From Alphaproteobacteria bacterium (GTDB lineage Bacteria; Pseudomonadota; Alphaproteobacteria; UBA2966), in the NCBI GenBank assembly GCA_964291395.2, contig OZ219856.1:1856001-1920000 (forward strand): a stretch of 64,000 bases of DNA. The letters run 5' to 3'. The notes below the pieces were generated by a model. It did no database searches, was not told where the DNA came from, and saw only the letters and a program-made list of their open reading frames with translations. The position numbers and the translations under genes were made by a program. Below are positions 59,964-64,000 of this stretch, piece by piece (the first letter of the stretch is position 1; each line of letters opens with the position of its first letter).

Positions 59964-60161
59964 CGGCAGCCGCAATCGGTGTGGTTCAGGACTGCGCTCC
60001 TCGGCAGCGGCTAGATCGCCGTCGCCTGCCTGCTCCCTCTGGCAGAGGTCTCGAAGCTACCGCTCGATGACTATCCCGAGCTCCGGCGTTTTCACGACAA
60101 CCTGACGGAGATTCCCGCCTGGCGGCGGCCGTTCCCGGAGTAGCGGAGCGCCCGGCCGCCG

Positions 60162-61067
60162 TTACGCCTTCATCTTCATCAAGCCCGGGTCCTCCGTGAG
60201 CACGATGCCGGCGCGGTCGAGATCGCCGTGGCCCGCCGCCATGCCCCTCTCGTACCAACTCAGGGCGGCGCGTCCCATGTCGGAGGGCGAATCCAACTCG
60301 CCAGCCATCTCCACGGCCAGCGCCACGTCCTTGCGGGCGAGCGATATCTTGAAGCGCGGCGAGAAATCGCCGGCCAGGGCCTTGCCGATGAGGCCGTTGC
60401 GCAACTGCCAGGAGTCCGCGGCCGAACTCGGCAGCAGCCGCGTCATGAGCTCGATATCGGCGCCGGCGCGCCTGGCCAGCGCATAGCCCTCCGCCACGAC
60501 CGCCATGGTGGTCGAAGAGACCATGTTATTGACGAGCTTGATGGCCTGCCCCGCGCCGAGAGGCCCGCAATAATGGACGTCGCTCCCCAGCAGCGACAGC
60601 AGTCCGCGCACCGCGTCGCAGTCCTCGGGCTCGCCGCCCATCAGGACGAACAGGTCGCCGGTCTCCGCCTCCGCCGGGCCGCGTCCCACCGGCGCGTCGA
60701 CGATGCGGATGCCCTTCTCCGCCAGCGGTTCCGACAGCCGCTTCACCACCGACATGCCGTCCGTCGCCATGTCGACCAGAAGACTGCCTTCGGCCATCCC
60801 TTCGATCAGCCCGTCTTCTCCGAGCGTAACCGTCTCGAGAATTTGGGGGCTCGGCAACATCGCTATGACCACGTCGCCGGCGGCACCCAGTTCCTTCGGG
60901 CTCGCCGCGACCTTGGCGCCGGCGTCGGCCGCCGCCTGCACCGCCGTTGCGTCGACGTCATGGACGGTGAGGTCGACGCCGCCCCCGAGCAGGCGGCGAA
61001 TCATGCGGCTGCCCATGAGGCCAAGCCCGATAAAGCCGACGCGCGGCGACGCTACGTCCTGTGCCAT
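60162..61067 (-). CDS. 3-hydroxyisobutyrate/beta-hydroxyacid dehydrogenase family
   Basis: GFIGLGLMG, DAPV, KLVNN, F...LARKD. Confidence 0.9.
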   Translation of the reverse strand: MAQDVASPRVGFIGLGLMGSRMIRRLLGGGVDLTVHDVDATAVQAAADAGAKVAASPKELGAAGDVVIAMLPSPQILETVTLGEDGLIEGMAEGSLLVDMATDGMSVVKRLSEPLAEKGIRIVDAPVGRGPAEAETGDLFVLMGGEPEDCDAVRGLLSLLGSDVHYCGPLGAGQAIKLVNNMVSSTTMAVVAEGYALARRAGADIELMTRLLPSSAADSWQLRNGLIGKALAGDFSPRFKISLARKDVALAVEMAGELDSPSDMGRAALSWYERGMAAGHGDLDRAGIVLTEDPGLMKMKA

Positions 61068-61089
61068 GTGTTTATCTCTCCTGGTCGAT

Positions 61090-61458
61090 TCATCCGAACA
61101 ACAGCTCCGACAGCAATCGGTCGGGCGAAAGGGCGATTGCCCCGGCTATGACGAGACCGCTGAAGGTGCCGATCATCCAGCCGGCGTGATTGCGAACCTT
61201 GCCCCGCCTGATGGCCAGGACTCCCATGGTCACGGCGAACAAAGTCCATACGGAAAGCAGATGAATGATGCTGAAGCCCGCCCCCTCGCGGATCTGGAGA
61301 ATCCAAAAGGACACGATCGACGTGATCACGATCAACCCCACCCAGGTCCGGCCGAACGCCTTGTGCGTGGGCGTACCCTTGGGTCTCAGAAGCACGAAGG
61401 AACCGAATCCCAAGGCCGCCAATGCGGTGACGAGGTGGATCGCGATGGGGATGGTCAT
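61090..61458 (-). CDS. DUF2306 membrane protein
   Basis: IHL...PKGTPTHKAFGRTWV...FSIIHLLS. Confidence 0.8.
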   Translation of the reverse strand: MTIPIAIHLVTALAALGFGSFVLLRPKGTPTHKAFGRTWVGLIVITSIVSFWILQIREGAGFSIIHLLSVWTLFAVTMGVLAIRRGKVRNHAGWMIGTFSGLVIAGAIALSPDRLLSELLFG

Positions 61459-61571
61459 GACCGCGGGGCACTATACACGCTGAACGGGATGAAACCTTTT
61501 CTCGCCGGGCCCGGTAGTGGACACTGGCCTTCCAGCCATCCTTCGCAATCGACGGGAAGAGGTTTCTAGAC

Positions 61572-62567
61572 ATGAAAGCGGTGGAAATCGACGCCTTCGG
61601 CGGAATCGACGTGCTCCAGATCCGGGACGTGCCCGAGCCCGAGCCGGCGGAGAACGAGGTCGTCGTGAAGCTGTCCTATGCCGGGGTCAACTACACGGAC
61701 ATCTATCGCCGGAACGGCGACTACGCCCAGTCCCCGACCTATCCGACACCGCTCCCGGCGCGCATCGGAGTCGATGGTGCGGGCACCGTGAGCGCGGTCG
61801 GAAATGCGGTGTCCGACATGGCCGTCGGCGACCGCGTGGCTTTCACCCGCATCCAGGGAAGCTACGCCGAATACGCCGCCGTGCCCGACGCCGTGGTCAT
61901 GCCGGTGCCCGGTGAATTGGCACTGGACGTGGCGGCGGCCCTGATCACGCAAGGCACGACAGCTCATTACCTCGCCACGTCTGCCTGGCCGCTGGAGGCC
62001 GGAAACACCTGCCTCGTTCATGCCGGTGCCGGCGGTGTAGGACAGCTCCTGATCCAGATCGCCAAGATCAGGGGCGCGCGGGTGCTGGCCACGGTGGGAT
62101 CGGCGGAAAAAGCCGAGATCGCAGCGTCAAGAGGCGCCGACACGACCATCCTCTACCGCGACGTGGATTTTCGGGAAGCCGTGATGGATGCGACCAACGG
62201 CAGGGGCGCGGATGTGGTCTACGACTCCGTCGGCAAAGCAACGTTCCATGATTCCATCCGCTGCCTGCGCCCGCGCGGACTCTGCGTCCTGTTCGGCCAC
62301 GCCTCGGGCAAGGTCGACAGCCTCGACCCCTTGGATCTGTCCGAGGCCGGGTCGGTCTTCTTTACCCGCCCGCACATGGCGCACTACATCCAGACGCGGG
62401 ACGAACTCGCCGATCGCTGGCGGGATCTCGCCGGCTGGGCGCTCGACGGCCGTCTCGCCGTGGCCGTCGACCGCGTCCTGCCGCTCGACCGGGCGGGCGA
62501 GGCCCACCGGGTCATGGAAGCCCGCGAGTCCCGCGGCAAGCTCCTGTTGGAAGTCGGTGGGGGCTAG
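61572..62567 (+). CDS. qor: NADPH:quinone oxidoreductase (zeta-crystallin/MDR)
   Basis: GVNYTD, QGTTAHYL, HAGAGGVG, VYDSVGK, GKLLL. Confidence 0.88.
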   Translation: MKAVEIDAFGGIDVLQIRDVPEPEPAENEVVVKLSYAGVNYTDIYRRNGDYAQSPTYPTPLPARIGVDGAGTVSAVGNAVSDMAVGDRVAFTRIQGSYAEYAAVPDAVVMPVPGELALDVAAALITQGTTAHYLATSAWPLEAGNTCLVHAGAGGVGQLLIQIAKIRGARVLATVGSAEKAEIAASRGADTTILYRDVDFREAVMDATNGRGADVVYDSVGKATFHDSIRCLRPRGLCVLFGHASGKVDSLDPLDLSEAGSVFFTRPHMAHYIQTRDELADRWRDLAGWALDGRLAVAVDRVLPLDRAGEAHRVMEARESRGKLLLEVGGG

Positions 62568-62598
62568 AACCGTTCAAGCCGGCCCTGAACCGCCGTGA

Positions 62599-63447
62599 TC
62601 AATCGTCCGCCACCAGCTCCTGACGCTGAGTACCCAGACCCTCCACGCCGAGCTCCATCACGTCGCCGGGCTTGAGGAACCTGGGTGGCTTGAAGCCCGA
62701 ACCGACACCCGGCGGCGTGCCCGTCGACACGATATCGCCGGTCTGCAACGACATCATGGTGCTGAGATAGCTCAGCAGGTGTTTCAGGCCATAGACCATC
62801 TTGTCGGTGTTGCCGTCCTGCCGGGTCTCGCCGTTGACCTTCGTCCAGAGGCCGAGCTTCTGGGGATCGGCGATCTCATCGCGCGACACGAGCCAGGGAC
62901 CGATGGGTGCGAAGGTGTCGCAGGACTTTCCCTTGGTCCACTGGCCGGCACGGTGGAGCTGGAACTCGCGCTCGCTGACGTCGTTGCAGATGCAGTAGCC
63001 GGCGACGTGGTCGAGGGCATCGGCCTCGTCCACATACTTGCCCGGCGTGCCGACGACGGCGGCGAGTTCGACCTCGTAGTCGGTTTTCTCGGAACCGCGG
63101 GGGATGACGACCGGATCGTCGGGACCGCTGATCGCGCTGGTGGCCTTCATGAACAGCACGGGCTCGGGCGGCACGTCGAGCCCCGTCTCCGCCGCATGGT
63201 CGGAATAGTTGAGGCCGATGGCCATGATCTTGCCGACGCCAGCCACGGGTGGACCCAACCGCGGGCTTCCGTCGACCCGGGGCAGAGAGGCGGGATCGAG
63301 CGCCTCAAGCCTTGCCATGCCTTCCGGAAGCAGGACATCGCCCGCGATGTCGTCGACTTCCCCGGAAAGATCGCGGATGCCGCCATCCGCATCGACCAGG
63401 CCGGGTTTTTCCTGTCCCGCGGGACCATAGCGAACCAGTTTGACCAT
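62599..63447 (-). CDS. Fumarylacetoacetate hydrolase family protein
   Basis: IGLNYSDH, DYEVEL, NDVSER, KGKSCDTF, TGTPPGVG. Confidence 0.93.
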   Translation of the reverse strand: MVKLVRYGPAGQEKPGLVDADGGIRDLSGEVDDIAGDVLLPEGMARLEALDPASLPRVDGSPRLGPPVAGVGKIMAIGLNYSDHAAETGLDVPPEPVLFMKATSAISGPDDPVVIPRGSEKTDYEVELAAVVGTPGKYVDEADALDHVAGYCICNDVSEREFQLHRAGQWTKGKSCDTFAPIGPWLVSRDEIADPQKLGLWTKVNGETRQDGNTDKMVYGLKHLLSYLSTMMSLQTGDIVSTGTPPGVGSGFKPPRFLKPGDVMELGVEGLGTQRQELVADD

Positions 63448-63474
63448 AGTTCCTCCTGTGCGTTTGCGGGCGTG

Positions 63475-64000
63475 CTAGCCGCCGCCCTCTCCCACGGTCG
63501 CCCGCTCCACCGCGAGCCACCGCTCGATACCGATCGTCTCGTGAATCTGGTCGAGTTCCGACGCCTGGCCGTCCGAACCCAGGATCGGATCCGGCTCCCC
63601 GCGGGCGATCGCCTCGTACGATAACCGCAACGCCTTGTGCATGGCGAGCAGCGACGTCATGGGGTCGACCAGAAACCGGTATCCGAGTCCGTGGAGATCC
63701 TCCCGGCTCATCCCCAAGTTCGCGAGTCCGCCCCGCAAGGACATCATCATCAGGGGCGGCGGCAGGCGCTCCCCGACGAATCGCAGGTCGTCCGGCGTCG
63801 GCGCCAACACGAACAGCATGTCCGAGCCGGCCTCCTTGTAGGCTTCGGCCCTCCGCACGGCATCATCCCGTTGATCCTTCCGGATCTGGTTGGTGCGCCC
63901 GATGATGACGAAGTCGGAATCCCGCCGCGCGGCAACGGCTTCGCGGATCTTGGAGACCATCAGGTCCCGCGGGATGGGATGCTCGATGCCGATGTGGTGA
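63475..64000 (-). CDS. Isocitrate lyase/PEP mutase family protein, 5' end outside window
   Basis: MVSKIREAVAARRDSDFVIIGRT...AVRRAEAYKEAGSDMLFV. Confidence 0.82.
   Translation of the reverse strand, partial: HHIGIEHPIPRDLMVSKIREAVAARRDSDFVIIGRTNQIRKDQRDDAVRRAEAYKEAGSDMLFVLAPTPDDLRFVGERLPPPLMMMSLRGGLANLGMSREDLHGLGYRFLVDPMTSLLAMHKALRLSYEAIARGEPDPILGSDGQASELDQIHETIGIERWLAVERATVGEGGG

Larger units (their letters stand above)
58858..60145. repeat. 130-bp direct repeat (58858-58987 / 60016-60145) duplicating the GST 3' end around a TA module
   Basis: Identical except 2 substitutions; both copies include the TAG stop. Confidence 0.95.

Noticed and set aside
1-64000. CRISPR array, rRNA, tRNA, riboswitch
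   Set aside because: No regularly spaced repeats or recognisable RNA gene seen; a covariance-model search would be needed to exclude small RNAs

Overview
GC-rich (by eye ~68-70%) chromosomal window, probably from an alphaproteobacterium (inference from gene content and codon style). It is mostly catabolic and transport genes: phnX, tandem Rieske oxygenases, GMC oxidoreductase, TRAP transporter, amidase, metF, ComDE-like decarboxylase, ALDH, MFS pumps and CoA transferases. A ~19 kb accessory/defence region (~12.3-31.6 kb) interrupts this. Its core is a visibly lower-GC block (~17.5-30.9 kb) with a DNA phosphorothioation operon dndB-C-D-E-A on the minus strand. Facing it is a tightly coupled five-gene operon: PLD-helicase, small protein, CxC SMC-like ATPase, small protein (pbeABCD-like) and a DUF262-DUF1524 (GmrSD/SspE-like) nuclease. 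There is no dndFGH in the window. The island is flanked by decayed pieces: IS256, a duplicated Mu gp27-like gene, and SIR2, helicase, NYN and HigBA fragments. A second notable pattern is that ~1 kb toxin-antitoxin cassettes sit between direct repeats that duplicate the 3' end of the upstream host gene, with no integrase in sight. Several genes carry single-base indels that may be sequencing errors. All family calls come from motif recognition by eye; no database searches were run.
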